A DNA stretch of 64,000 nucleotides from Desulfosudaceae bacterium (GTDB lineage: Bacteria > Desulfobacterota > Desulfobacteria > Desulfobacterales > Desulfosudaceae): assembly GCA_963674745.2 (NCBI GenBank), contig CAXXDV010000003.1:2496001-2560000 (forward strand), in the 5' to 3' direction. Position 1 is the first letter of the stretch, and each line of letters begins with the position of its first letter. Below the pieces are notes generated by a model, which ran no database searches, was not told where the DNA came from, and worked only from the letters and a program-made list of their open reading frames with translations. Of the stretch, positions 1 to 9,897 are shown in pieces. The translations under genes were made by a program, and so were the position numbers.

Positions 1-506
1 TCTCTTTTACCCAGAACCGGTGAATCTACCGCTAAATAAATACCCTTGTACCCGGATGTTTTGCAGCGGTCTAAAAACCTGTACACCCAGTCCCTGTTAT
101 GCCAGATATATATCTGAAAAAACAAGTCCCCGGTTGATACGGCTGCCGTATCTTCTATAGAAGTAGTAGAAACGGTTGACAGGGTATAGGGAATCTGGGC
201 TTTACTGGCAGCTTTGACAACCGCTTGTTCGCCTTTATAGTGGAAGAGACGGGAAAATCCGGTAGGCGCCAGGATTACAGGCAGCGCGCTATCCCTGCCA
301 TTTATCCTGGTTTGCAGGTTAATTGTCGTAACATCTTTCAATACGCTTGGCCGAAAACCATATGTTCTGAAAACCGAACTGTTCCGCTGCATTGTAATTT
401 CATCTTCAGCCCCGCCGTCAATGTAGTCGAAAGTGATACGTGGAATACTTTTTTTGGCAAGAGTCCGTAAATCATTTATGGAAACACAACGATCAACATT
501 TTTCAC
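1..506 (-). CDS. FMN-dependent alpha-hydroxy acid dehydrogenase (LldD/glycolate oxidase family), 5' part; runs off the window start
   Basis: Manual translation from GTG at 506 (GGAG SD upstream): MKNVDRCVSINDLRTLAKKSIPRITFDYIDGGAEDEITMQRN...PVILAPTG...LSTVSTTSIE...FFQIY...VDSPVLGKR. Absent from the ORF track because it is truncated by the window edge. Confidence 0.9.
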   Translation of the reverse strand, partial: MKNVDRCVSINDLRTLAKKSIPRITFDYIDGGAEDEITMQRNSSVFRTYGFRPSVLKDVTTINLQTRINGRDSALPVILAPTGFSRLFHYKGEQAVVKAASKAQIPYTLSTVSTTSIEDTAAVSTGDLFFQIYIWHNRDWVYRFLDRCKTSGYKGIYLAVDSPVLGKR

Positions 507-523
507 AGCCTGACTCCAGTTTT

Positions 524-730
524 TTATTTATCTTTAATATCCTTTAATACTGAAAAAATGCCGCTGAAATAAGTCACTCCGACAAAAAACCACATAACAC
601 ACAATCCGACAATACTTTTTAGTTCTTCTTTTGGAAATGGTTCCCAGACATGTGTTTCCCACATAAAGTATGTGATAATCGGGGTCGGAATGATGAATAA
701 TAGAAACGGAATCAGGTACTTGAATTTCAT
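524..730 (-). CDS. small two-TM membrane protein
   Basis: 68 aa with two hydrophobic segments; AAGGA SD; co-oriented within the operon. Confidence 0.7.
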   Translation of the reverse strand: MKFKYLIPFLLFIIPTPIITYFMWETHVWEPFPKEELKSIVGLCVMWFFVGVTYFSGIFSVLKDIKDK

Positions 731-885
731 GCTAAAATCCTTTTTATTGGTTGTTTTCGTTGTCTTAGAATTTACGCGAGCGTGTCTTTGGCTGAAGAGG
801 AGATCGTTTCATCAATCGTCAATGTCCCGGATTCATCTATTCTTCTCCGTGTCATCCATTGTGAGAATTACCGGGGGAATAATCT

Positions 886-1500
886 CTAACCTACATCAAT
901 ACTTCTAAAGCCGCTTAACTTCTCCAGTCTTCCAAGAAAATGATAGGCAAACCCGAATGGTTTGAATCGAACACCCAGCATGCTGAAACTGATCAGCTCG
1001 ATAATTGTTTGGGTTTCAGAGAGTGTATCCATATAGGCAAAATCAACAGCAATAGGCCATGTTTGTATTTTCCCTCTTACCCAAGTGGGATACCCTGCTG
1101 CGTTCAAACTTTCCATTTCTTTATCAACATCTTTAACTAAGAGCCCCAGGTGCTGAGCCACTGTCCTGCCTTCAGGATCAAGGCTTTGCTTGTAAAAGTC
1201 TGAGCCTTCACCCGGCTCAAGAAGTTCGAGGTCAACCCCCTGATATTTGGCCAGACCGACCTTCCCGCGAAAGCTTCTCGGTGTACCGTGCTCATCCCAT
1301 CGCGCGAGGCTACCGGCTGAAATGAAAAACGGCCCGATTCCCATCATTTCAAGCCGTTTAGCAGCTTCTTCCACGTCTGGCACTACCAGGCCGAGTTGAT
1401 GTATTTGAGGCAGGCTGTGTTTCTCTCGAAATTCGGCTGCAAGGTTATTGACAGATTTTTTAAAGTTCTCTGCCGCAAGCAGGTCGTCTAAAAGCAACAT
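886..1500 (-). CDS. VOC/glyoxalase family protein (methylmalonyl-CoA epimerase-like)
   Basis: IHQLGLVVPD, LELLEP, QHLGLLVKD and IIELI metal-binding motifs. Confidence 0.8.
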   Translation of the reverse strand: MLLLDDLLAAENFKKSVNNLAAEFREKHSLPQIHQLGLVVPDVEEAAKRLEMMGIGPFFISAGSLARWDEHGTPRSFRGKVGLAKYQGVDLELLEPGEGSDFYKQSLDPEGRTVAQHLGLLVKDVDKEMESLNAAGYPTWVRGKIQTWPIAVDFAYMDTLSETQTIIELISFSMLGVRFKPFGFAYHFLGRLEKLSGFRSIDVG

Positions 1501-1611
1501 TGGTTCCCCTAATTTTTTTTAGTCATTTATGGCGATATGCCCGGAAGCCCCCTGTTTCAGGCGAGAACAATTCATTCAGCAGGGTGTCGGTTGTCTCTTC
1601 TTCAGGGCCTA

Positions 1612-2646
1612 TTAATTTAGGTTCTCCAGAGTCCGGGCGATTATAATATTCACGACCCTGTCGTTTATTTCCCCTTCACTTATTACTAATTCATAGAGTT
1701 CCAGATCATCTATAAGCGCACTGATGAACTTTTCATCTGAAACCGCTTTTGCCAGTATCGTTTTGTCTTTACGGTCTGCAATATGGGTTTCAACAAGTTT
1801 GGCAAACATGGGAGTTTTAACGTATTTTTTTGTAATAGCCCTTGCTGTTTTCTTCGTGCCTTCTTTTGAAGGACCGGATTCAATTGCGATCATCATTAAC
1901 TCGTTATCTGAAGTAAGAAAATCAAGGATCGCTTCATCCTTATATGTCTGCTTTGCACGATTTCGTATGCTCGTTCGGGCCACGTCAATATTATCAGGAT
2001 GTAATGGGTCAGCATTATAATATTTATCGTTTTTAACAAATTCTTCCAGGTTTTCTAATATCTTGCGGGGGATCTTTGCCAGCTCACCATTCACCATAAA
2101 TGCTTTCAGGTTGCCCCCTGTTTCCAAATGGATGGAAAATATAACCTCGGTTTTATCATGGGCTTTATAAGACATGTTAATCTGTTGATACATTTTGGGA
2201 AGGCGCACATATTCCTCTTTATCCGGTATTTCAGGATCAGTAATGAGTTGTGATGTTGTCGTTATGTCACCGGTTTCAAGGGCAACAGAAGTCTTCGCAC
2301 TGATAATGGCATCCCGGTCATCTGCCGGCCAGGGGAAGTCCATGACCATGTACAGATCCATGTCATTCGAGTTGTATTGCCTGAGAACTTTTGAGCTTAT
2401 TACGCCATCCATCCATTCCTTCATTACCGGTGTGTCCCTAAGGACTGCACCGATCGCTGCCATGCTGGCATTGATAACTGCAGTGGCCTTGAATGCCTTG
2501 TATCTCGAGCCTTCAACATCTCGTGAGTAGGTTATGATACCATCATTATCTTTTTCAATTTCCCAATCAACAGCACCTGTTGCCGGCTGCAAAAGAAGCG
2601 CTAAGGTAAAACAAATGATACCTGTGTATACGCTTAAATTTTTCAT
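1612..2646 (-). CDS. secreted START-domain lipid-binding protein with C-terminal helical extension
   Basis: Signal peptide; WEIEKDNDGIITYSR, FKATAVIN and FPWPADDRDAI START signatures. Confidence 0.85.
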   Translation of the reverse strand: MKNLSVYTGIICFTLALLLQPATGAVDWEIEKDNDGIITYSRDVEGSRYKAFKATAVINASMAAIGAVLRDTPVMKEWMDGVISSKVLRQYNSNDMDLYMVMDFPWPADDRDAIISAKTSVALETGDITTTSQLITDPEIPDKEEYVRLPKMYQQINMSYKAHDKTEVIFSIHLETGGNLKAFMVNGELAKIPRKILENLEEFVKNDKYYNADPLHPDNIDVARTSIRNRAKQTYKDEAILDFLTSDNELMMIAIESGPSKEGTKKTARAITKKYVKTPMFAKLVETHIADRKDKTILAKAVSDEKFISALIDDLELYELVISEGEINDRVVNIIIARTLENLN

Positions 2647-2704
2647 AATAGTTCCTTATACTTTTGTGTGGTGGTGCTGATCCTGAAGCAATGGCAGGGG
2701 GTTT

Positions 2705-3547
2705 CTATTTCATAGCTTTTTCGGGTAATCGGATTTTATTCATTACTAACCCTGTTATGATATAATTAAGCACCGGGCTCAGCCTTGACATGATATCCAT
2801 GAATTTCGCGTCCATCCCTACCATAAGTCTTTTTTTATTTTTAATTATCGCTCTTACGATCTTCTCCGCGCATTCTTCAGGTGTTGTTCTGAAAATAATA
2901 TCGGAAGACTTCACAAGATATTCTTTATTCATATTTTCATTAACACCCTTCACAAAACGCATATTTCTGGCAATATTGGTTTTAATCCCCCCGGGGTGAA
3001 CCGACGTGACATGAATGTTACTTGTCCTTAGTTCCTGGACCAGGGTCTCATTAAACCCCCTTACCGCGTATTTAGCACTGTTGTAGGGGCCGTTATGCGG
3101 GAAAGGCACCACGCCGTTAATACTCGAGATATTGACAATATTTGCTTCAGGGCGTTTCCTTAAATGCGGCAGAAACGCCTTGGTGCCATACACCACCCCC
3201 CAAAAAACAATGTTAAAACACCATTCAAAATTTTCATAAGAAATGTCTTCCAGGCTGTCGTGGACAGCTACGCCGGCATTATTGATGATAATATCAACCT
3301 GGCCGTGTTCATGCACAACATAATCAGCCCACTCAACCACCTGTTCTCTGTCTGATACATCGAGGGTAAACGTGCTGACCTTAATACCGCTTACTTTAAT
3401 CATATCAGCCGTCTTTTTCAGTTCATCTTCATTAATATCTGAAATAGCCAGATGGCACCCCCTGGCCGCAAGGTTTAACGCAAGGCACCGGCCGATTCCG
3501 GATCCGGCGCCTGTAATTGCCGCTACTTTATTCTTCAAGTTTTTCAT
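2705..3547 (-). CDS. SDR family oxidoreductase
   Basis: TGAGSGIG, NNAG, YNSAK; start moved to MKNLKNK at 3547 (GGAG SD). Confidence 0.92.
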   Translation of the reverse strand: MKNLKNKVAAITGAGSGIGRCLALNLAARGCHLAISDINEDELKKTADMIKVSGIKVSTFTLDVSDREQVVEWADYVVHEHGQVDIIINNAGVAVHDSLEDISYENFEWCFNIVFWGVVYGTKAFLPHLRKRPEANIVNISSINGVVPFPHNGPYNSAKYAVRGFNETLVQELRTSNIHVTSVHPGGIKTNIARNMRFVKGVNENMNKEYLVKSSDIIFRTTPEECAEKIVRAIIKNKKRLMVGMDAKFMDIMSRLSPVLNYIITGLVMNKIRLPEKAMK

Positions 3548-3569
3548 AATGCTATGGTTCTCCTTTTTT

Positions 3570-4610
3570 TTAAAGCAGCTTGTCACAGAGAAACGACACC
3601 TGGTCCTTGACGATGGTTTCGAAAAACTCGCCCACGTAGATGTCGAAATGGCCGGCGTCGTAAACGCGGACGTCCACGTTGGGCAGGCCTTTCGCAAAGT
3701 CGATGGTGGGACCGGCAGGGGCCACCGAGTCTTTGGAACTCACACAGATGAGGGCGGGACATTTGAGATGGCGCATGTATTTGCCCGGCACGTCGAGACC
3801 GATGCGCAGGGCGAATCTGCCCGCCACGCCATTGGCCGAATGCGTTCCTGTGGGCAGCCGCATGCTCCCCACGAACCGGGTCGTTTTCTCCTGTTCTTCA
3901 AAATCACCAAGTGAAACGTGGGCCGGCAGCTCGATGCGCTTGCTCGCGAAAAGTTTATAAAGTCTTGAGAGCTGCGCTGAAAATGTCGTGCCCGGCGGCA
4001 GCAGCGTGAGAATGCCTTTGACTACATCCGGCGCGGTCATTAATGCCGGTGTACCCGGAGTGCCCACGAGGGGTACGAGCAGCGGCTTGAACCCCACCCA
4101 GGCCATTAGCTGGTCGATGATGGCTATTGTACCGCTTCCCAGCATGCTCATAATTCCCAGTGCGCGCACCGAAGCGGGACCGCTCGTAAAAGGGCATTGG
4201 GAAATCACCGCGGCCACACCTCCGTCCTCGGCCCCCACCTTGATTACATGTCCTCCCGAAAAGGACGTGCCAAACAGGGCGATGCGCTCCGTGTCGATGA
4301 AAGACAGGGAGCGAGCGTATCTCAGCGCCGCGTGCCAGTCCTGCCGTTGCCGTTTGATGTCGAGCAGGTACCGGGGATTTCCCTCGCTGGAGCCGAAATG
4401 CCGATAGTCAAAAACAAGGGCCGCAAAACCCGCCTGGCTGAAACGCTCTGCATAGGCGTCCAACCGCATCTCGCGGATAGAGCCCAGGCCATGGGCCAAA
4501 ATAACCAGCGGCGCCCGCTCTATCCCCTCCGGGCGATAAAGCCAGGCGCTGCACCTAATTCCCAGGGATTCAAACGAAACATCTGTCCTGTTAAAGATAT
4601 GAGAAGACAT
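3570..4610 (-). CDS. alpha/beta hydrolase
   Basis: AHGLG, FDYRHFGSSEG, GTSFSG nucleophile elbow, D and GHF catalytic residues. Confidence 0.88.
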   Translation of the reverse strand: MSSHIFNRTDVSFESLGIRCSAWLYRPEGIERAPLVILAHGLGSIREMRLDAYAERFSQAGFAALVFDYRHFGSSEGNPRYLLDIKRQRQDWHAALRYARSLSFIDTERIALFGTSFSGGHVIKVGAEDGGVAAVISQCPFTSGPASVRALGIMSMLGSGTIAIIDQLMAWVGFKPLLVPLVGTPGTPALMTAPDVVKGILTLLPPGTTFSAQLSRLYKLFASKRIELPAHVSLGDFEEQEKTTRFVGSMRLPTGTHSANGVAGRFALRIGLDVPGKYMRHLKCPALICVSSKDSVAPAGPTIDFAKGLPNVDVRVYDAGHFDIYVGEFFETIVKDQVSFLCDKLL

Positions 4611-4626
4611 GCGATCCCTCTTAAAA

Positions 4627-5451
4627 TTATTCCATCAATTTTTTAAATGCAGCGCCTGTCCACATAACCATTCTAATGGGAAAAATCCGGGAAGCCAGGT
4701 CCATCAGTCGGGCGTCTACGCCCACCATTATTCGTTTTTTATTTTTTTTTATGCCGGCAATAATGATCCTGGCGGCTTTTTCCGGTGAGGTTTTAGCGAT
4801 CCGTGAAAAATTCTCGGCAGCCCCGGCCTGATCCTGGCTGCCGGTTGCTGAGTGGTAGAAACGGGAGTTTGACACGATATTGGTGTTGATACCCCCGGGG
4901 TGAACGCTGCTGACATAAACGCCGGTACCGGCCAGTTCCTGCATCAGGGTTTCGCTGAAGGCCCGCACCGCATATTTAGACATGTTGTAAGGGCCGTTGT
5001 GGGAAAAGGGGATCATGCCGTTGATGCTGGAAATATTGACGATATGACCTTTTCCGCGTTTTTTCAGCAGGGGCAGAAAGGCCCGGGTGCCATACACAAC
5101 GCCCCACATGTTGATGTTGATGAGCCATTCAAAATCTTCGTAAGAGACGTTTTCAAGGGATTCAGTAACAGCGACCCCGGCGTTGTTGATAATCACGTCC
5201 ACTCCGCCGTGATGTGCCGCCGCGTCATCGGCATACCGGTACACCTGTTCCCGGTTTCCCGTGTCCACCAGGTGCGTGCTGATGGATGCGCTCAGCCCGC
5301 CGGCCATCCGGGCGGTTTCCTCGAGCCCTTTTTCGTTGATGTCCGACAACGCCAGCCGGCAGCCTTCCTGCGCCAGCCGCATGGCCAGCGCCCGGCCGAT
5401 CCCCGAACCCGCACCGGTAATGGCAACCACCTTGCTTTCCAGTGATTCCAT
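4627..5451 (-). CDS. SDR family oxidoreductase (paralog of 2705..3547)
   Basis: TGAGSGIG, NNAG, YNMSK. Confidence 0.92.
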   Translation of the reverse strand: MESLESKVVAITGAGSGIGRALAMRLAQEGCRLALSDINEKGLEETARMAGGLSASISTHLVDTGNREQVYRYADDAAAHHGGVDVIINNAGVAVTESLENVSYEDFEWLININMWGVVYGTRAFLPLLKKRGKGHIVNISSINGMIPFSHNGPYNMSKYAVRAFSETLMQELAGTGVYVSSVHPGGINTNIVSNSRFYHSATGSQDQAGAAENFSRIAKTSPEKAARIIIAGIKKNKKRIMVGVDARLMDLASRIFPIRMVMWTGAAFKKLME

Positions 5452-5489
5452 CGTTTATCCTTCTCATTTATTATGTCTAGAGATTTATT

Positions 5490-6332
5490 TTAATTCTGCT
5501 CATGAGTCGATGTTAAATACATCTTAATATTTTCCGCCTTGGAATAAGTTCCATATAAAGGGATTCCTTGTGGTATAAGGTTTTTGCCTGGCTCAGCATC
5601 CCCAATCATAATTCGGATACTTCCTCTTATATTTGTCGTAGAAGGTTGCTTTTGATCTTTAGGATCAGTTCCAGGCCTTCCAGATACAGATCTCACAGTG
5701 ATAACCCTTGGCCCTATTGATGGCGGTTTAAGGAGGAAGAGGGGACCGTCCATTGGCCATTCTTGGGTTATCCATACAGGTGCTGGTATTTGTTCAGGTG
5801 TAAATTCAAGGCGGATTCTTGTTTGGCCCTTATCGACAACTTCTCCTGTCCAGGAATTTCCTGATTGCTTCAGCGTTACGCTATCAGCAAGATATTTGGG
5901 ATGCCCCATGGTACGTCCGGCCCAAACTGGTACCCACTTGCTTTCCGGCATCGTAAGACAATACCAGCCCGCTTCACCTTTATAGGAACATCGGATCTTA
6001 ATATATGCGAGTTGGTAAGGGGTGAGCGGCCATGGCCCGACCTCAATATTATCCAAAACACCTACCATTACCATGGGATGATCGGGCATATTAAATTGCT
6101 CAGGCAGAAGTTTTCTGTAAAGGGTTAAGTCTTTCGGTTCAACCAGAGCAGTTATATTTTGTTGTGCTCTAAAATTATTTTGCGTTGAAGCGGCCATATG
6201 CATAGCTTTTTCTGCAAGATCGCCTTCAATTATCGAATACTGCCCGTTGGCGGTACGATTGTAAAAGAAAATCGATAAACCTAACAATATAATCAAAGAA
6301 AGACATCCCATTACTAATAGCTTTTTTTTCAT
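5490..6332 (-). CDS. acetoacetate decarboxylase-like (ADC superfamily) protein with N-terminal TM/signal segment
   Basis: GRTMGHPK resembles the ADC GRExxGxPK Schiff-base Lys motif; N-terminal hydrophobic helix. Confidence 0.7.
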   Translation of the reverse strand: MKKKLLVMGCLSLIILLGLSIFFYNRTANGQYSIIEGDLAEKAMHMAASTQNNFRAQQNITALVEPKDLTLYRKLLPEQFNMPDHPMVMVGVLDNIEVGPWPLTPYQLAYIKIRCSYKGEAGWYCLTMPESKWVPVWAGRTMGHPKYLADSVTLKQSGNSWTGEVVDKGQTRIRLEFTPEQIPAPVWITQEWPMDGPLFLLKPPSIGPRVITVRSVSGRPGTDPKDQKQPSTTNIRGSIRIMIGDAEPGKNLIPQGIPLYGTYSKAENIKMYLTSTHEQN

Positions 6333-6410
6333 TTTACTTGTCTCCTTTTTTATTAAATATAAAGAACGCCTGATTGAATCAATAACTAAACCATATGTGA
6401 CCGCTAAGTA

Positions 6411-6446
6411 TTGACCATATGTGAATATAATTTGACATTTTGTGAA
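6411..6446 (-). promoter_or_regulatory. tandem-repeat operator, copy 1 (putative AraC site), facing the 6332 to 1 operon
   Basis: Reverse complement reads TTCACAAAATGTCAAATTATATTCACATATGGTCAA. Confidence 0.8.
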
Positions 6447-6560
6447 AATATGAATTTAAAAAATACTGTGCGATACAGAAAAAGCATAAAGTACAAATGT
6501 TTATCGTGGGATTGATGCTGCGGAATACGGGAAGCGAGACGGGAGACGTTTGCAGGAACC

Positions 6561-7610
6561 CTAAAAGGAATGATTCTGCCGGTACTCACCGGGGGTAAAA
6601 CCCGTCCATTTTTTAAATGCCCGGTTAAACGCACTTTGCTCGGAGTAGCCGAGCAGGAATGTAATATCGATAATAGGTATGGGGGATTGTTCGAGCAGCT
6701 GTATGGCGTGCTCTCTTTTTACCTTATCCAGTATGTCCTGATATGTTACGCCTTCTTTGTTTAACTTGATCTGAAGGCTTCTTTTGCTCATGGCAAACTG
6801 ACCGGAAATGGTTTCTATGTCTGTCTTCCCGGAAAGCAAATTCTGAATGATGGCGGTTTCAACCTCTCCGGAAAACAGGTCTTCACGATATATCTTTTTT
6901 TGAAGTTTTTCAGCATATGACTTAAGCGTGTCGAGGATTTCAGCATTGGCGACCAGGACAGGAAGATCCAGATACTTTTTATTAAAGGTCATCTTATTTT
7001 CCGGCTGATTGAACAGCACGGGTATTTTAAAAATACGGTCATGCTCTTTCGTGTCTGTTGGAGACGCATGAATAAACTGAACGCTGTCAAGACTGATCTC
7101 TTCCCCGGTCAGGCGGGTTAACAGATTAATATAATATGCAAAATGGCCTTCAATAAATTGTCGAAGTTCATTCATATCGGTAATTTGATATTGCAATTCA
7201 AGAGACAGGGATGCAGTACTTCCTTTCTCGGAGAACACAGGTATGCATAAATCATGCATCAGGGGGTAATACTTGCAGAAATTGGTCAATGCTTCTCCAA
7301 GGGTTGGAGAGTTAAACGTGATCACATGCATGGCGTCCATAACATAATCGAATACTTCTCCTAGGTGCAGCCCTAAATCGGGGTCATGAATGAGATTCAG
7401 GAGTTCAGTTGCCAAATAGTGACACTTATGGGCGGGTAACCGCTCATTAGGGGCCTTAAGTATATCTGGATCAAAACCCATTCTTTTAAAAAATATCAAG
7501 GGATCAATACCAAACCTGTCTCCCTCCTTGATAAGTATATTAATAAAATCAACCGAAACACTCGGTTCTTTTATGGATCGGGTTCGGCTTTCAGTCAACT
7601 CATTCGACAT
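6561..7610 (-). CDS. AraC-family transcriptional regulator (about 350 aa, OruR/VqsM-type N-terminal ligand domain)
   Basis: C-terminal LLGYSEQSAFNRAFKKWTGFTPGEYR; start set by alignment with the paralog at 41695. Confidence 0.93.
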   Translation of the reverse strand: MSNELTESRTRSIKEPSVSVDFINILIKEGDRFGIDPLIFFKRMGFDPDILKAPNERLPAHKCHYLATELLNLIHDPDLGLHLGEVFDYVMDAMHVITFNSPTLGEALTNFCKYYPLMHDLCIPVFSEKGSTASLSLELQYQITDMNELRQFIEGHFAYYINLLTRLTGEEISLDSVQFIHASPTDTKEHDRIFKIPVLFNQPENKMTFNKKYLDLPVLVANAEILDTLKSYAEKLQKKIYREDLFSGEVETAIIQNLLSGKTDIETISGQFAMSKRSLQIKLNKEGVTYQDILDKVKREHAIQLLEQSPIPIIDITFLLGYSEQSAFNRAFKKWTGFTPGEYRQNHSF

Positions 7611-7706
7611 ATTCGATCTCTTCTTGATGGCATGTTGGTCTGTTTTTCTAAAAATACGCCGCACTTATTATTTTCAGGATATCAATCTATATTTTAAATT
7701 CATTTT

Positions 7707-7742
7707 TTCACAAAATGTCAAATCTTATTCACATTTGGTCAA
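7707..7742 (+). promoter_or_regulatory. tandem-repeat operator, copy 2
   Basis: TTCACAAAATGTCAAATCTTATTCACATTTGGTCAA, divergent from the AraC gene. Confidence 0.8.
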
Positions 7743-7943
7743 TACACAGGGTTCAAATATGCTTTAGATTACTGATTCAACCTGACCTTTTTTAAAAGTA
7801 TTAAACAATTCATAAGCTTCAAACCAGGGCAAAAACAGGAAAACGGGAAAAAAATGAAGCCCATATCAACAGAAAAAACGCCTTTAACACAGAGCCGTTC
7901 GTAACGGCTGCTTGACGCTATAAAAGGATGGCGTCAGGCCCGG

Positions 7944-8744
7944 TTGAAAATCTGGCTGGATATGCATATCGTGGGAAGCCATTTAAGACGGTTGGGCCCT
8001 CTGAGAGTTACCATCGGCGGCGGTTCAATGTATCTGAGTCTGCCCTTGTTTCTGTTCGCTCACCTGGTGTTTATTGAACTGCTTTTAAACCGGATATTAA
8101 CGCCGTTACTGGGCCTTCAGAAGCTGAAAACAACCAATTACATCGTCCTCGACCGCCACCGGACAAAAGGGTTGTCCCGGTTTGACAAATTAAATTGTGT
8201 GTTTTGCGGCTATGCCAACGGTATTTCGGTATTATTGAACGAAAAAATCTGTCAACTTGCTGAACGCAAAAAAGAGCTGGGATCCTTTAGTCCATCATAC
8301 AACATTGTTTTGTTTATAATTGTGGCTGTCTTTCTGCCATTTATGGTAGTTGTGAAATTTGCAGGCATGAACATCATTTACGATATCCTTGTGTCACGTC
8401 CCCTTTACATGCATAGAACCCGGACAAAAGATATCAAGCGTAAAATTCTCAGCACCGGTTCTGCTGATATGTTTAATCAGAACACCTTATTTGATATGCT
8501 GATTCTTCATTCAAAAATAATCGTCATCAGGTTGATAGACGCGCTTGAGCAAATTGAATCAGCATGGTGCCCCCTGAAACATAAGAAAGTCGGAGAAAAC
8601 GTTAAGTATCCGTTACACCACCGGAACTTCTTTGAACCGGATGATCTTGAAGCCATGAGAAGTTCGCTTTATCTGAACGGCACTGTTTCAGACAAAAAAC
8701 CCCTGGTTGAAATTAAAAATCCCGCATATCCTTTAGACAGATAA
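7944..8744 (+). CDS. hypothetical membrane protein with LNCxxCxYANG and WCPxKH motifs
   Basis: Hydrophobic segments and conserved-looking Cys motifs; an upstream in-frame ATG at 7854 is cut off by TAA at 7902. Confidence 0.7.
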   Translation: MKIWLDMHIVGSHLRRLGPLRVTIGGGSMYLSLPLFLFAHLVFIELLLNRILTPLLGLQKLKTTNYIVLDRHRTKGLSRFDKLNCVFCGYANGISVLLNEKICQLAERKKELGSFSPSYNIVLFIIVAVFLPFMVVVKFAGMNIIYDILVSRPLYMHRTRTKDIKRKILSTGSADMFNQNTLFDMLILHSKIIVIRLIDALEQIESAWCPLKHKKVGENVKYPLHHRNFFEPDDLEAMRSSLYLNGTVSDKKPLVEIKNPAYPLDR

Positions 8745-8833
8745 ACGCAGTTTCACGACTGCCCGAACCCGCATATTTCATGAAATAACCGGGCTAAATC
8801 CCGCATCTTCCCAGACTTTCTAAAGCTCATTTA

Positions 8834-8869
8834 TTCACAAAATGTCAAATCATATTCACATCTGGTCAA
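8834..8869 (+). promoter_or_regulatory. tandem-repeat operator, copy 3
   Basis: TTCACAAAATGTCAAATCATATTCACATCTGGTCAA. Confidence 0.8.
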
Positions 8870-8943
8870 TACTTAGAGCTCAAATATGTTCTAGGGTAAT
8901 CATACAACCGAGCTTTTTTACAAATTGGAATAAGGAGAGCCTC

Positions 8944-9765
8944 ATGTTTAAAAACAAAACCATACTCATCACCGGCGGGTCATCCGGGCTTGGACTGGGG
9001 TTGGCTCAGGCACTTTTAGAAAGAGGCGCGCGCCTGATTCTTCTGGCCCGCACGCCAAAAAAACTGGAACAGGCAAAAGAGCGCCTGCTGAAAAACGTTC
9101 CCAACGGAAATGTAGATATCGTCCCCGTGGATGTAAGCGACCGCGAGACGTTGCACGAAGCGCTTGACGATGCTCTGAAAAGGCACCCCTCCCTGGACAT
9201 GGTCATCAACAATGCCGGGATATTAAGGGAAGGTTATTTTGAAAAACTGGCGGTAACGGATTTTGAAGAGATGTTCGGCGCCAACTACTTCGGCTGTCTA
9301 TATATAACGCGGATCACCCTGCCTTACTTGAAAAAATCCCGGGGCCGCCTGATCAACGTTGCATCTGTGGCGGGATTAACCGGCGGATTTGGACTTTCCG
9401 CATACGGCTCATCCAAATACGCGCTTGTTGGATTATCTGAAACATTACGCTGCGAACTAAAGCCACAGGGTGTTACCGTCCAGGTGGTATGCCCCCCGGA
9501 ATTTCTATCTCCCATGGTTGAGGAATTGGATACCTATCGGACACCGGAAAACCTGGCGCATACAATTATGATTCCCAGGCTGTCCCTGGATACTCTGGTG
9601 AAAGATACAGTAAAAGGCATTGAAAAAAACAAATTCAGGATTATCCCCGGCTGGCGGACACGATTGATGCTTCTCGGGGCGCAGCACTTTCCCGGTATCA
9701 GCCGTTTTTTTGCCGACCGGGTAATCAAAAAAGCCTATGTCGGTCCCGACCAGCATAATGGTTGA
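8944..9765 (+). CDS. SDR family oxidoreductase (KDSR-like TGGSSGLG type)
   Basis: TGGSSGLG, NNAG, YGSSK; AAGGAG SD before ATG 8944. Confidence 0.9.
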   Translation: MFKNKTILITGGSSGLGLGLAQALLERGARLILLARTPKKLEQAKERLLKNVPNGNVDIVPVDVSDRETLHEALDDALKRHPSLDMVINNAGILREGYFEKLAVTDFEEMFGANYFGCLYITRITLPYLKKSRGRLINVASVAGLTGGFGLSAYGSSKYALVGLSETLRCELKPQGVTVQVVCPPEFLSPMVEELDTYRTPENLAHTIMIPRLSLDTLVKDTVKGIEKNKFRIIPGWRTRLMLLGAQHFPGISRFFADRVIKKAYVGPDQHNG

Positions 9766-9897
9766 AGCGCCCTCATCAGTCTAACGGAAAAGAGAACCAA
9801 AAGGGTTATATGATCTGGATATATACAGGGGATCTCTAAAAAAGCAATTTTTAGAGGTGCCTTACCGTTTTAATTACAAAAAGGAGATAAGATCACA

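Noticed and set aside
2705..3697. Long N-terminal extensions on track ORFs (2705..3697, 8842, 13390, 56310, 57371)
   Set aside because: They overlap neighbouring genes or operators; downstream ATGs have SD sequences or match paralog starts
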